A stretch of DNA of 64,000 bases from positions 176,201 through 240,200 of the forward strand of contig NC_092670.1 in NCBI RefSeq assembly GCF_964355755.1. The letters run 5' to 3'. The stretch is from Antedon mediterranea. Its lineage: Eukaryota > Animalia > Echinodermata. The notes under the pieces were generated by a model. It was not told the DNA's origin and made no database searches. It saw nothing but the letters and a program-made list of their open reading frames with translations. The translations under genes were made by a program, and so were the position numbers. Positions 1 to 12,979 of this stretch are shown here, piece by piece (position 1 is the first letter of the stretch; each line of letters opens with the position of its first letter).

Positions 1-268
1 AAACAGAAAGCATTCCATACACATGAGGAGTTATGATAAAACAGAAAGCGTTCCATACACATGAGGAGTTATGATAAAACAGAAAGCGTTCCATACACAT
101 GAGGAGTTATGATAAAACAGAAAGCATTTATAACATTAATATAGATCTTTGATTCATTCCTTCACCTGCAATGTCAGTAGTTCCATACACATGAGGAGTT
201 ATGATAAAACTGAAAGCATTTATAACATTTATATAGATCTTTGATTCATTCCTCCACCTGCAATGTCA
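1..268. repeat. 39-bp tandem repeat (about 3 copies, cut by the window edge) plus a duplication of about 110 bp
   Basis: Unit aaacagaaagcgttccatacacatgaggagttatgataa. Confidence 0.9.
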
Positions 269-454
269 GAGTCTTTTAATTTATTGATCATTTAAAAATG
301 AAAGTTTTCAAAGAAGTGTTTGAATATAAATTATTGATTAAGATTATTATATTGATATAAATAATTTAAAGTAGGTTCTTAATGCATTGGTTTACAATAA
401 GGCAATCCGTATGGTGTACGAGTGCTGTTCCACCATACTGTACTACATTTGTAA

Positions 455-700
455 GGACGTGTGGCGCAGTGTGTTCGAATCCAACTCTCGCCGCAATTGC
501 TTGTATTCTTAGGCAAGGCACTTTACTTACATTTGCCTCTCTCCACCCAGGTGTATTAAATGGGTACCGGGTTAGATCAAGACACAACTTTGCGCTGATT
601 ACTAGCTGCATTATGGGAGTATGTTTCCATGTGTTTATGGGGTAATAATATGTACAGCGCTTAGAAGTTTCACAACATTAGGCGCTTTATAAATCCAGGA
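455..700 (+). mobile_element. Degenerate tRNA-derived SINE with CORE/Meta-like central domain and L2-like tail
   Basis: A-box-like tggcgcagtg (462-471) and B-box gttcgaatcc (473-482, spacer deleted). Central ggcaaggcactttac...ctccacccaggtgtattaaatgggtacc. Tail cagcgcttagaa...ggcgctttataaat. Confidence 0.7.
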
Positions 701-1395
701 TTACATCAAGAACATTGTAAGCCTTAGACAAGTTCATCTTTTCATTCTAAATAGTGTTTCACATTTAAATATATACTGTAACAGTTTACTGTAACTGTAT
801 ATTTCCATTGTAACTATTCAGAGATAATTCCAACAAAGATGATACAATGGAAAGCTGTGTTTTACTGTGAAAAATGTATTGAATTGATTGCAGGTCAGAG
901 TATACCTCACAAGTCAAAAGATTCAATTTGTATTATTATAGCTGTATTCCTGGTGTTCTTAATGTAATTACTGGAAATTGAGCCAAAAAAAGTCATTTTT
1001 CCTTGCCTGTAGCAAGCAACAGTTTGAGGCACCCCTGCGTTCTAACACCATTTGTAGCATCTGTAATTGGTTCCTAATTGTTACATACTTGTACAATTTG
1101 TGAAACTGTATTTTGACACAAAATGCAGGTGTGGTCTAGGAATTTATAGTCTTCCTTTAGGCTGTAGGTCCATAACCCCAGGATAGGAAGTGCCATTTGT
1201 AATGAAACACAAACACTAAATATTTTTCTTTCTATCCTACAAAAGAAGTATATAAAAAGTATTAACACTAAAGAGTGTATTTTCCTTGTTTAACTTATTT
1301 TATAGAAATGAAATGTATTTCACTACAGTTGAATCTCTCATACATGGGTACGTCCAGGAAAAGTGGCCACTTACAGGAGGCATATAGCATATAAC

Positions 1396-2458
1396 CAGTG
1401 GCGTATCCAGGATGTTGAAGTCGGGGGGGTGGGGGCCGGGAATTGCCAATTTGCCGACAAAATCAGTGTCATTACCTGTACTGTACATGCCTAGGCCTAC
1501 ACATCAATATATGTTATAGGATTGCATAGTCATGTTGTCTTATAGAGATAACGATGCAAAATTAAGACCAAATTAAACATTATCTGTTAGTATGTTGTAT
1601 TAATATTACAATAAAGGAAGAATTACGAAAATCTGAAATATAGGGTCTAAAACATCGCCGAAAATGATCGTTTTTAGCCACGAAAGAAGTAAAACAATTT
1701 GCTGCCTCTGTCGACAATTCTATTAACTACGCCATTTTTGGTTAAAATAATGACATATAATTAGTAATTTATTTTATATATCACCATTGGAAATATCAAT
1801 AAAACATGTTATTAAATGCTTATGAAATATATAAAGTTGTTTAATTAACGGAATTCGGACAAATTCATTGCTCTAACTTTGTGTAGTACCGATCAGAGAG
1901 CCATGTGACTTTATTTTAAATGCGCAAGAGAAAACATTCCGCTGCCGGTGATTCACATTCACCAATCAAATCAGCCAGAATCCAAAATCATTCAACCGTG
2001 AGCAATGCCCAGCTTTGATTGGCTTACGATGACATCATATCACAATATGGTGGTTTTGTAGTTGAGCCTCGCGGAATATTCTGTTCCAAAAATGAAATAC
2101 ATGGATTTTTGTTATGGTATGTGTGCCTTTTCTTTAAAAAATGTGAATAATAAAGGCCTCATATCGAGAAAAAACCGGGGCTTTTGGCAAATATATTTTA
2201 GGGAAAAAAGCACATGGCATGTGGAACTATATAATCTTAGCGTAGGAAGACATACAAATCCCAGGTCATGAGAGGCTCAACTACGAAAACAATCTAGCGC
2301 GTACGGCCGTACGTGCTAGATAGATAAGATATTTTAACCAAATTTTTTACGTGGTTGGTTAGATGTAATGCACTTTTGTTTGCCGACGGACGCGATGATG
2401 TGCCGACGGACACAAAATTAGAGGGCCCCCCCCCCCCCCCCCACTGGATACGCCACTG
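1396..2458. mobile_element. Non-autonomous hAT DNA transposon (1063 bp)
   Basis: Perfect 15-bp TIRs cagtggcgtatccag / ctggatacgccactg. Perfect 8-bp TSD catataac (1388-1395, 2459-2466). Subterminal G and C runs, and an internal inverted repeat gtagttgagcctc (2058-2070, 2272-2284). Confidence 0.92.
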
Positions 2459-3409
2459 CATATAACATATTTCACTACAGTTTAATCTCTCATACATGGG
2501 TCCAGGAAAAGTGGCCACTTACAGGAGGTATCTTTATAGTCAATAGTCAATCTGTGTCTGATATTTACTCTATATTCTCTCAATTTACCAATCCTTCCAA
2601 TCTATATTTCTTTATTAAAATGTTTATAATGAGGTGATTCATATTTGTTGTCTCTGGGTGTCTTCTTTACAGGAGGTACTAAACACTTTAACTACAGTCA
2701 AATTATGATACTTTATATAATTTGTTATAGCTAAAGCCTACAATAATTAAGTCAATGTCCTCCAACTTTTTATTCTAATATGTACACAGAATTGCTTTTA
2801 AGATGACCATTGTCAGTCCAAGTTTAAATGCTTAACCAGTGTTTACTCACCTCAGGGCAAATTGAGGTCCACATTCAAGACACCACAAGACTTAACCCAT
2901 CTGAAAAAACAACCCCGAAAGCCATCCGATATTTGTGACATGAAGCAGAATGTGAAAGCAATTTAGCACAGGTGTATTCAGTAATTTTGGGTGGATAATT
3001 GATCTTAGGCCCCTAATATGGAACATTCATCTTAGGCCCCTAATATGGAACATTCAACCAGGCACTAGGGGCTTTCTGGTCCCTTTGCCAAAGGATATTT
3101 TTGTCACTCTTGTCCTTGATAATTAAAATATTTTTGTTCTTTGATGGGAATGTGTGGGAAATTTACCACCATAAATTTTTATTTTTGTACACAAACAATG
3201 TTGTTTTCTATCATTATTTTCACAGCAGTGTTTAAAGTAGATGAGTACATATTTTTTGGAAAAATGTAGCAAAATTCAAAAAATTGCAACCATTTTATTG
3301 CGATCTTCACTTACTTATACTAATTAGTATAGTTCCCTCTATGGTCAACGTGAGTCAACTCATTTCAGTTTAGTCATTTATGTTTTACTTATTATTTTCT
3401 ACATTTAGC

Positions 3410-3619
3410 AAACCTATGTACAGTAGGCCTACCCAAGGAGATTCCACTTAACAGAAGTAGACAAACAAAGCATTACTCTTTACAGTATCCATTGCTTCTT
3501 ATTTGTATCTTAACCCTAACCTATGTACAGTAGGCCTACCCAATGGAGATTCCACTTAACAGAAGTAGACAAACAAAGCATTACTCTTTACAGTATCCAT
3601 TGCTTCTTCTTATTTGTAT
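3410..3619. repeat. Tandem duplication, about 107-bp unit x2
   Basis: aacctatgtacagtaggcctaccca...ccattgcttctt occurs twice. Confidence 0.9.
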
Positions 3620-6600
3620 TTCAAGTTATTTTTCTACATAATTCAGTAACATAAATCAACCTACGATGAGCATGTATGATTTTTGCATTATTTATAAGAC
3701 TTTCCCCTAATTTATTACCTTTATTACAATCTTTATCTATTCAAATATTAATGTTAAACTTTCATTGAGGCATACAATATTGCATCACGTAGAAAGAACT
3801 ACTAATTTCTACTTATCAATTTTTAAAAACCAATTATCATGATATTATTTGTTATCTGTTGAGGAAAACAAAATTTAAATATAATAAATATATAATTAAT
3901 AGTACAAATTGTTATTAGGAATAGCCTTAAACAGGGCCATAGCCACCAGTACGGTTGGTAAGGCATCAACCTGATATAAACCAAACAGAGATTGTTCCCT
4001 TTTCTTGTGAAAACCGTACAACTTTATTTCTTATTACTGTTATAAAACCAAATGGACTGTACAGTATTTGTTAACCCATTACTTTATATATAATTTGCAT
4101 ATTAATAAATAAACAGAAATAAAGTAAGTTCATCATATTCCAATTACAAACTTTTGTAAGATGTTTATATACATTTGTTAAACCTGCCATAATTCATATC
4201 TGTCACCCTTGTATTGTGAGAGAGAGCAAATTGATGTTTATCTGTATCTTAGTTCACCATCACAATAATGATGTTTATCATTTGCCTGGTAGCTTCTGAC
4301 CTAATGATTTATAGTGTATTGGAATATAATGCATTGTTGAAGCTACCTGAAAGAGAATGTCTATTAAACAAAGTTTTTTTTAATTTTCAGTCAATTTCAA
4401 AATTCCTTCGAATACTATTTTAAATACACAAGAGTCGCAATTGTATTGGGGATTATTGCTTAATTGGTTTTAGTAAATTTCATGTAATCCTCATAAACTT
4501 GGGGGTTCTGATTCAACAATAAATAATTAAGATTATTATCGATAATGTACAACAAACTGACTTCTAGAATATTGGTAGTGTTATACTGTAAATAGAATAT
4601 CAACTTGAGACTTATTGAAAATACAGTAGTACTGGCGGCGCTCCTCCTCCTCCTGAGTAGGTGTTATGTTACCCCTGTATTAAGTCTTGTTTTTCGTCAC
4701 CTTATTGCAAAAAGGTTTGGTGGTCTGCAGTTTGCTTTCATCAGAGTTACTGTGAATACAAACAATTGAAGTCAATTATAATATGTTATTTAACTAGAGT
4801 GATAAAAAGAAACTAAAGATGGTTAGGGTTTATTTGGTGTATGGCGACAGTAGCGTTGTAGTGGAGGAAACGTTCATTAACTTGATATGTCCCCTGTGAC
4901 ATGGATAAAAATGATTTTTTTTTAGTCCTGGTACAGAAGTCCACATCAATGTACCAGCTACTCTGTAATACGAAAGTGAAAGACTCGTACTGTGTTTTAA
5001 CCAATGGGGAGGCATTAATTATCGTTAAATTTTACTCAAAACGTATTATTTGTGATTGATTTATTGACGCAACATATTTGTGTGTGGTTTCCTATTATTT
5101 TTCAGCTGTATCTCTTAGCCTTAGGTAGGCTACTTTTGATGTAGCCCTTGGTAGGATAGTTGGGGGGTATAAACCAGGTAATAGAAGTGGGTCATGTCAT
5201 AGGGCCTAACCAGCTGCTGTTCCGAATAAACTCTTTCAATGATGAAACACATACAAAGTTAGGCTCCTATAAACTCTTTGCTTGTTTGGATGCAAAACAA
5301 CCTGGAAGCTACCGTCAGTTCCATAATGTATGACCTCTTATAAGGTCATGTCTATCTGGGAACAGATTTCAAGACAAATCGTTCAAGACACAACATGAAC
5401 AGAAAGTTTCCCTAAGTTTGATGAATTAGTATATTATGACTTATTAATTATGTTTTTTACTTGAAAGCCTTTCATGTTGTTTTGATTTGATTGTTATCCA
5501 TTTTTGATCATTATAATGTACTTAAGTTGGGTTTAAAAACAAAGATAAAATCTTAAATTACCGGTCATGTCTCATGTTGTAAAAGTTGACCCTGTTTTCA
5601 GAACCTTTTGTATTGGTTATGTTTCCTTTATTGAAAATAAAGAAAATAAACTCAACCTAATGAAACTAGGATTAGAGGGGAAATAAAGAATTGAATGTCT
5701 TTATTTTTTAGACATGTTTATGTTGGGCTAAAATAGAATTGGTTGAATGAAGCCGAACCAGATGTTGTATTTCTCTAGCAAACAACTAACTATAATTAGC
5801 ATTTTTAGCGAAGAAACAAAGTGATTTTAAATTATGAACAATTTGTTAATTGCAGAATTAGAAAGAAATATATTTCTGAAGTATACTTGATTTTTTTAAA
5901 TATTCATGTTTAATAAATTGTACTTGATTATCAAGGAGGCTGATTTTTAAACAGACTGCATACATTATTTATGTCCATATTCGTCCAACATGCTTTCTTT
6001 GTGATTATCCATTCCTATGTAGACAAACTTGAATATTACTAAGATGACTATTAATATGTTAATTCAAATTTGGAACATCATACCATTTATTGATTTTATT
6101 CAAGCAAAAATAGAATAAAAATTTGAGGATAACAGCAGAGCAATGTTTGATTAATTTTTATTTTTCCAATGATTATTATGTCTGATTTGATATATGAGAC
6201 AAATAAAACTTTATAGCATACCTTCACTATGTTGTAGACCAATGCAATGTATATATCGTTTGATGGATCAATTGGTGATTGAAAAATGGAGGAAAATGTT
6301 TTAGGAACGTCAATTCTCATCTCCATATTTGTACATTCTACTTGATGTCAGAGTGAACAAATCGTTCCTGTACCACCTTTGTCACATACTGTCTGTTAAC
6401 TGGAGTTGCTGCGTATCTAGACAATTAGATCCCTTTAAATTATACTGCAATGCATTCCTCTCATAACTTTCACACTTCATATTTATTTATTTATTATAAA
6501 CTTCCCTGATTGCCTGTTTTAAGTTTGTTAACATTTTAATGTTTTACAACATTGTTGACTTGTATCAACAAAATTAGAGTCTATTTGAGTGAAACCTTTT

Positions 6601-7359
6601 ACTTAATATTTGGAATCTACTTAATCTTTGAAACTTTTTGCCCAATATTTGGAGTCTACTCATTTTTAGAAACCTTTTGCTCAATATTAGGAGTCTACTC
6701 AGTGTTATAATCCGTTCACTCAACTTTAGGAGATCACTTAATATTTGGAGTCTACCATGTCAAATTCATCAGTTACCTACTAGCCCTAGGGCTACTAACT
6801 TACAAAAACATACATTGCAATACACCTGTTGTTATGATATGTCCAACTTGCAAACATTTCTGATCACTCGTCAAACTGTTTGTCATTTTTCAACAGGATC
6901 ATGTCTTTTTATACTTCATATTCAAATATTTTCTTTATAAGATTCAGATTGATATAGGCTTGTTTCTTGCTTAGAGATTTGTGGGTTTTTGTCTTGCATA
7001 AACAATTGCAATATCATTTTTATTAAATAATAAGTAGTATTTAATAATTAATAGTATTATTTCCTTGTTTAATAGTATTGTCATATTTTTAAACATTTTT
7101 TAAAAATGTTACAGTAGATATAAAAATTTAAAAACAGGTAGTATAATTGACACCTAAAGTTATTTACTAAATTACACCCATTCCAGTCTTTTGGTCTACT
7201 GTGGAAGCATTCCGTCACTTGATATTATGACTGGCAGAAACCCAAATTCATACCAACTCATAAATAATAATGCACAATAAATTCAACTGAATTTGTCATA
7301 TTTTAATAAATTGTAGATAAGTATTTTCTGATTTTAAAGAACATAAATCTTTGGTAAAT

Positions 7360-9978
7360 ATGAATACTGGTACTCAAATGCAAACATCTTTAGATGAATA
7401 CTGGTACTCAAATGCAAACATCTTTAGATGAATACTGGTACTCAAATGCAATCATCTTTAGATGAATACTGGTACTCAAATGCGAACAGCTTTAGATGAA
7501 TACTGGTACTCAAATGCAAACATCTTTAGATGAATACTGGTACTCAAATGCAATCATCTTTAGATGAATACTGGTACTCAAATGCAATCATCTTTAGATG
7601 AATACTGGTACTCAAATGCAAACATCTTTAGATGAATACTGGTACTCAAATTCAATCATCTTTAGATGAATGCTGGTACTCAAATGCAAACATCTTTAGA
7701 TGAATACTGGTACTCAAATGCAAACATCTTTAGATGAATACTGGTACTCAAATGCGATCATCTTTAGATGAATACTGGTACTCAAATGCAAACATCTTTA
7801 GATGAATACTGGTACTCAAATGCGAACATCTTTAGATGAATACTGGTACTCAAATGCGAACATCTTTAGATGAATACTGGTACTCAAATGCAATCATCTT
7901 TAGATGAATACTGGTACTCAAATGCAAACATCTTTAGATGAATACTGGTACTCAAATGCAATCATCTTTAGATGAATACTGGTACTCAAATGCGAACATC
8001 TTTAGATGAATACTGGTACTCAAATGCAAACATCTTTAGATGAATACTGGTACTCAAATGCAAACATCTTTAGATGAATACTGGTACTCAAATGCAATCA
8101 TCTTTAGATGAATACTGGTACTCAAATGCAAACATCTTTAGATGAATACTGGTACTCAAATTCAATCATCTTTAGATGAATGCTTGTACTCAAATGCAAA
8201 CATCTTTAGATGAATACTGGTACTCAAATGCGAACATCTTTAGATGAATACTGGTACTCAAATGCGAACATCTTTAGATGAATACTGGTACTCAAATGCA
8301 AACATCTTTAGATGAATACTGGTACTCAAATGCAAACATCTTTAGATGAATACTGGTACTCAAATGCAAACATCTTTAGATGAATACTGGTACTCAAATG
8401 CAAACATCTTTAGATGAATACTGGTACTCAAATGCAAACATCTTTAGATGAATACTGGTACTCAAATGCAAACATCTTTAGATGAATACTGGTACTCAAA
8501 TGCAAACATCTTTAGATGAATACTGGTACTCAAATGCGAACATCTTTAGATGAATACTGGTACTCAAATGTGAACATCTTTAGATGAATACTGGTACTCA
8601 AATGCAAACATCTTTAGATGAATACTGGTACTCAAATGCAAACATCTTTAGATGAATACTGGTACTCAAATGCAAACATCTTTAGATGAATACTGGTACT
8701 CAAATGCAAACATCTTTAGATGAATACTGGTACTCAAATGCAATCATCTTTAGATGAATACTGGTACTCAAATGCAATCATCTTTAGATGAATACTGGTA
8801 CTCAAATGCAAACATCTTTAGATGAATACTGGTACTCAAATGCAAACGTCTTTAGATGAATACTGGTACTCAAATGCAATCATCTTTAGATGAATACTGG
8901 TACTCAAATGCAAACATCTTTAGATGAATACTCGTACTCAAATGCAAACATCTTTAGATGAATACTGGTACTCAAATGCAAACATCTTTAGATGAATACT
9001 GGTACTCAAATGCAATCATCTTTAGATGAATACTGGTACTCAAATGCAAACATCTTTAGATGAATACTTGTACTCAAATGCGAACATCTTTAGATGAATA
9101 CTGGTACTCAAATGCGAACATCTTTAGATGAATACTGGTACTCAAATGCGAACATCTTTAGATGAATACTGGTACTCAAATGCAAACATCTTTAGATGAA
9201 TACTGGTACTCAAATGCAAACATCTTTAGATGAATACTGGTACTCAAATGCAATCATCTTTAGATGAATACTGGTACTCAAATGCAATCATCTTTAGATG
9301 AATACTGGTACTCAAATGCTAACATCTTTAGATGAATACTGGTACTCAAATGCAATCATCTTTAGATGAATACTGGTACTCAAATGCAAACATCTTTAGA
9401 TGAATACTGGTACTCAAATGCTAACATCTTTAGATGAATACTGGTACTCAAATGCAAACATCTTTAGATGAATACTGGTACTCAAATGCAAACATCTTTA
9501 GATGAATACTGGTACTCAAATGCTAACATCTTTAGATGAATACTGGTACTCAAATGCGAACATCTTTAGATGAATACTGGTACTCAAATGCGAACATCTT
9601 TAGATGAATACTGGTACTCAAATGCAAACATCTTTAGATGAATACTGGTACTCAAATGCGAACATCTTTAGATGAATACTGGTACTCAAATGCGATCATC
9701 TTTAGATGAATACTGGTACTCAAATGCTAACATCTTTAGATGAATACTGGTACTCAAATGCAATCATCTTTAGATCAATACTGGTACTCAAATGCGAACA
9801 TCTTTAGATGAATACTGGTACTCAAATGCGATCATCTTTAGATGAATACTGGTACTCAAATGCAATCATCTTTAGATGAATACTGGTACTCAAATGCTAA
9901 CATCTTTAGATGAATACTGGTACTCAAATGCAAACATCTTTAGATGAATACTGGTACTCAAATGCAAACATCTTTAGA
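7360..9978. repeat. 34-bp minisatellite, about 77 copies, in an STX8 intron
   Basis: Unit gatgaatactggtactcaaatgcaaacatcttta, with variation mostly at the gcaaac / gcaatc / gcgaac / gctaac position. Confidence 0.98.
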
Positions 9979-10039
9979 CTGTAACTATTCGAATATTAAA
10001 CTTTCCTGTTAATGATCTTGATTTTAAGTTTGATCATTC

Positions 10040-10303
10040 TGTTTTAACGCTGGTCAAACTAATTATGTCCAATCACAGTCATACCTTGTTTACAGAATAC
10101 AACTTCCTGCGTACAGGCTGTCGATTACGTAGCATTCTATCACAAACGACAAGGTATCATAATTCATTTGTTCCTAGCTCAATCATCACCTATAATAATA
10201 GGACGTGCGATAGATACATTCTTATACCTTGTATTACATATTTCGCTAATCTAATGTGTCTTTAATGTGTGTATGAATATTGAACAATAAAAGTTTTTGA
10301 ATT
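10040..10303 (+). mobile_element. 5'-truncated LINE 3' end (Rex1/Babar or L2/CR1-clade-like)
   Basis: Reads IMSNHSHTLFTEYNFLRTGCRLRSILSQTTRYHNSFVPSSIITYN, like the SHPL...SGRRLRS...T.R..NSF.P.AI C-terminus of such LINE ORF2 proteins. A short 3' UTR with AATAAA follows. Confidence 0.65.
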
Positions 10304-10434
10304 TAAAAGTTCGAAATATGTCACTGATTTATTCATAATATTACTTCTTTCTTGATTTTTGGAAAATGGTATTAATGACTATTATTTAAGTCCTTTTGGT
10401 TTCTAACATTCTTTTAATTGTTTTATCTTTACAG

Positions 10435-10536
10435 AAATTATTGATGATATTAACACACACATAGGGCATACTGATCAACGCTTGGTGAAGGAGACTAAAC
10501 ACATACGCAGAGTTTCAAAGAAAGCTGAAGATTGTA
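10435..10536 (+). CDS. STX8: Syntaxin-8 penultimate coding exon (C-terminal half of the Qc-SNARE motif)
   Basis: Acceptor ttttatctttacag and donor gtaagt bound a 102-bp phase 1-1 exon, (E)IIDDINTHIGHTDQRLVKETKHIRRVSKKAEDC. This resembles human STX8 EIIDDLANLVENTDEKLRNETRRVNMVDRKSASC as recalled. Confidence 0.88.
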
Positions 10537-10691
10537 GTAAGTTTATACTTTATTTAAGTGGAAAAAAATCTACCAGGTCAGCAGTATTTACTTTATCTTA
10601 TATACATTTATAGTTTCATTAATGGATGTTTTTTTTAATCCAATTTTTATTATTTTGTACCCTGGGCCTAGTATTTTTAATCCCTGTCCCT

Positions 10692-11262
10692 GAACACAGG
10701 GGATCAATCCATATCCTATATCACATTCCTTTAATCTCAATTGCTGGAACACAAGAGATCAATCCATTATATCCCATATCCCATTCCTTTAATCTCAATT
10801 GCTGGAACACAAGGGATCAATCCATTATATCCCATATCCCATTCCTTTAATCTCATTTGCTGGAACACAAGGGATCAATCCATTATATCCCATATCCCAT
10901 TCCTTTAATCTCATTTGCTGGAACACAAGGGATCAATCCATTATATCCCATATCACATTCCTTTAATCTCAATTGCTGGAACACAGGGGATCAATCCATT
11001 ATATCCCATATCCCATTCCTTTAATCTCATTTGCTGGAACACAAGGGATCAATCCATTATATCCCATATCCCATATCCCATTCCTTTAATCTCATTTGCT
11101 GGAACACAAGGGATCAATCCATTATATCCCATATCACATTCCTTTAATCTCAATTGCTGGAACACAGGGGATCAATCCATTATATCCCATATCCCATTCC
11201 TTTAATCTCAATTGCTGGAACACAAGGGCTCAATCCATTATATCCCATATCCCATTTAATCT
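10692..11262. repeat. 58-bp minisatellite, about 10 copies
   Basis: Unit ggaacacaagggatcaatccattatatcccatatcccattcctttaatctcaattgct. Confidence 0.95.
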
Positions 11263-12979
11263 TAATAATTATCCCTTAAATTCTATTCATCTTTTATTGG
11301 TAATCCTTTGGGATAAAATATCCTAAATGCCATCACATGCAAAAATATATACAAAAATGGTATTAAATTTAAATACAAAATTGGCATTCAATGCAAGAAT
11401 AAAGCCCTTCCATACCAACTTACACCTTTTTTTGAGAATGATTTTATTTTTTAATTTAGTAGAAGTCATCACATTTGCTGTGTAATATCAGAATTAAACT
11501 TGCTTTGTCATGAAAACAAAAATTAATTTTAATTTAGAAAATTTGTAGGTGTCATAAATTAAGAAATGATTAACAATATCAATGACAGATGGAAGATGAC
11601 GCCCTTCTCAAATTAAATTAATAAAAATGTTTGAAATCAACCAACATGATCTTGTATTCAAATTGTACTGTCTGTTATTAAATTAAGCAGCCGTAATTAA
11701 CTGAATATAAAAATAGGACAATTTGGAATTTCATATGTCAACATTTTCTGAGAAAAACAACCAAATAAGGTATTTAATTTGTTTAGAACAAATTAAAAAT
11801 ATTTAATCAATTTCTTGTGATTTGACATACTTTTTGAAACATTCAATGTTGAGCTGGTCTTGATTGACTGCGTATGTTGAATAATGTGGAAGGTAAAATA
11901 TTTGAAGTAAAATGTTAAAAAATGGCAAAGTGAACCCAACTCTCCATTCTCTTCCCCATACTTTTTCTGCAAAAACTGTAACACCTGTACAACCCGGAAC
12001 ACCACCAAAATATGTATTGGTATCTCATACCCAGGGCAAAGGTTACTGACCGGTAGTTCAAAATGTTACATTATTTATACTATGATGATACTGGCGATTA
12101 AAATTGTCTTAAGAGAGCAGTATATTTCGCATGCAAAAACCATCAATCATAGTGACATCGTGGATTAAGGATGAATTCAATTCTCACTCGTTGCATTCTT
12201 GGCACGATTTCATTGCGTTCCTCTTGTTTGTGTGCCTTTTAAATACAATGTTTCATTCAGCCGTTTGATGTTGTATACTTGTGTGTATCAGGCATCAACT
12301 CTTTTATAGTGTCTCTGATAAATATAATTTATTCTCAATTGTATAGTTATGTGAAGCTGCCTGTTTATTTGTCGTAATTAACCTTTCCCGACAAAATAAA
12401 ATGACTACTATAGATGATTGTCGATCATCATACATGTCTTATATGGTCTGTCATTAACTTTGATTTTGACTTTGTAAAACTTTTTTTCTTTGTAATTTCA
12501 AAAAGTAAAGATAACCGTCAATCACACAAGTCAGCGCTGCAGTCCTGAGCGTAGGTCCCTTCCCTGTGGGAGTTTACCTGAGAGTTTCAACACTAGCCTA
12601 GACGTCACTAACAGTTGGCCTAACAATACACTATGAGGAAATGACAGTGTGTGCAAGTTTTATCTTACATGCTCTATTATTTAACCGTCAAAGACGAATA
12701 GTTGACACTGGCAAATGTGAAGGTTCTTAAGTCAATAACATGATTTGCTTAAGAATTTATAAAGAAGGCTTCTAATATTTTTATATAGAATCAGAATTTG
12801 TTTAGTTTTCTCATCCGATTATATTCTCATCTGCTATTTAAAATTAAATATTAGATGTATGATTGACACAAGTTTATACAATTCTTTTATTCAGTACTGA
12901 GTGATATGAACTTCTATAACCCAAGTCCTTGTTTTTATCAGCTTGTTTTGATGTTGTTTGTTACATAATGTTCTTTATA

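Noticed and set aside
6336-6420. Minus-strand frame YAATPVNRQYVTKVVQERFVHSDIK* as a possible nested terminal exon
   Set aside because: The acceptor is weak, there is no recognisable homology and no partner exons were found.
7360-9978. CRISPR-like appearance of the 34-bp repeats
   Set aside because: The repeats are head-to-tail with no unique spacers, there are no cas genes, and the context is eukaryotic.
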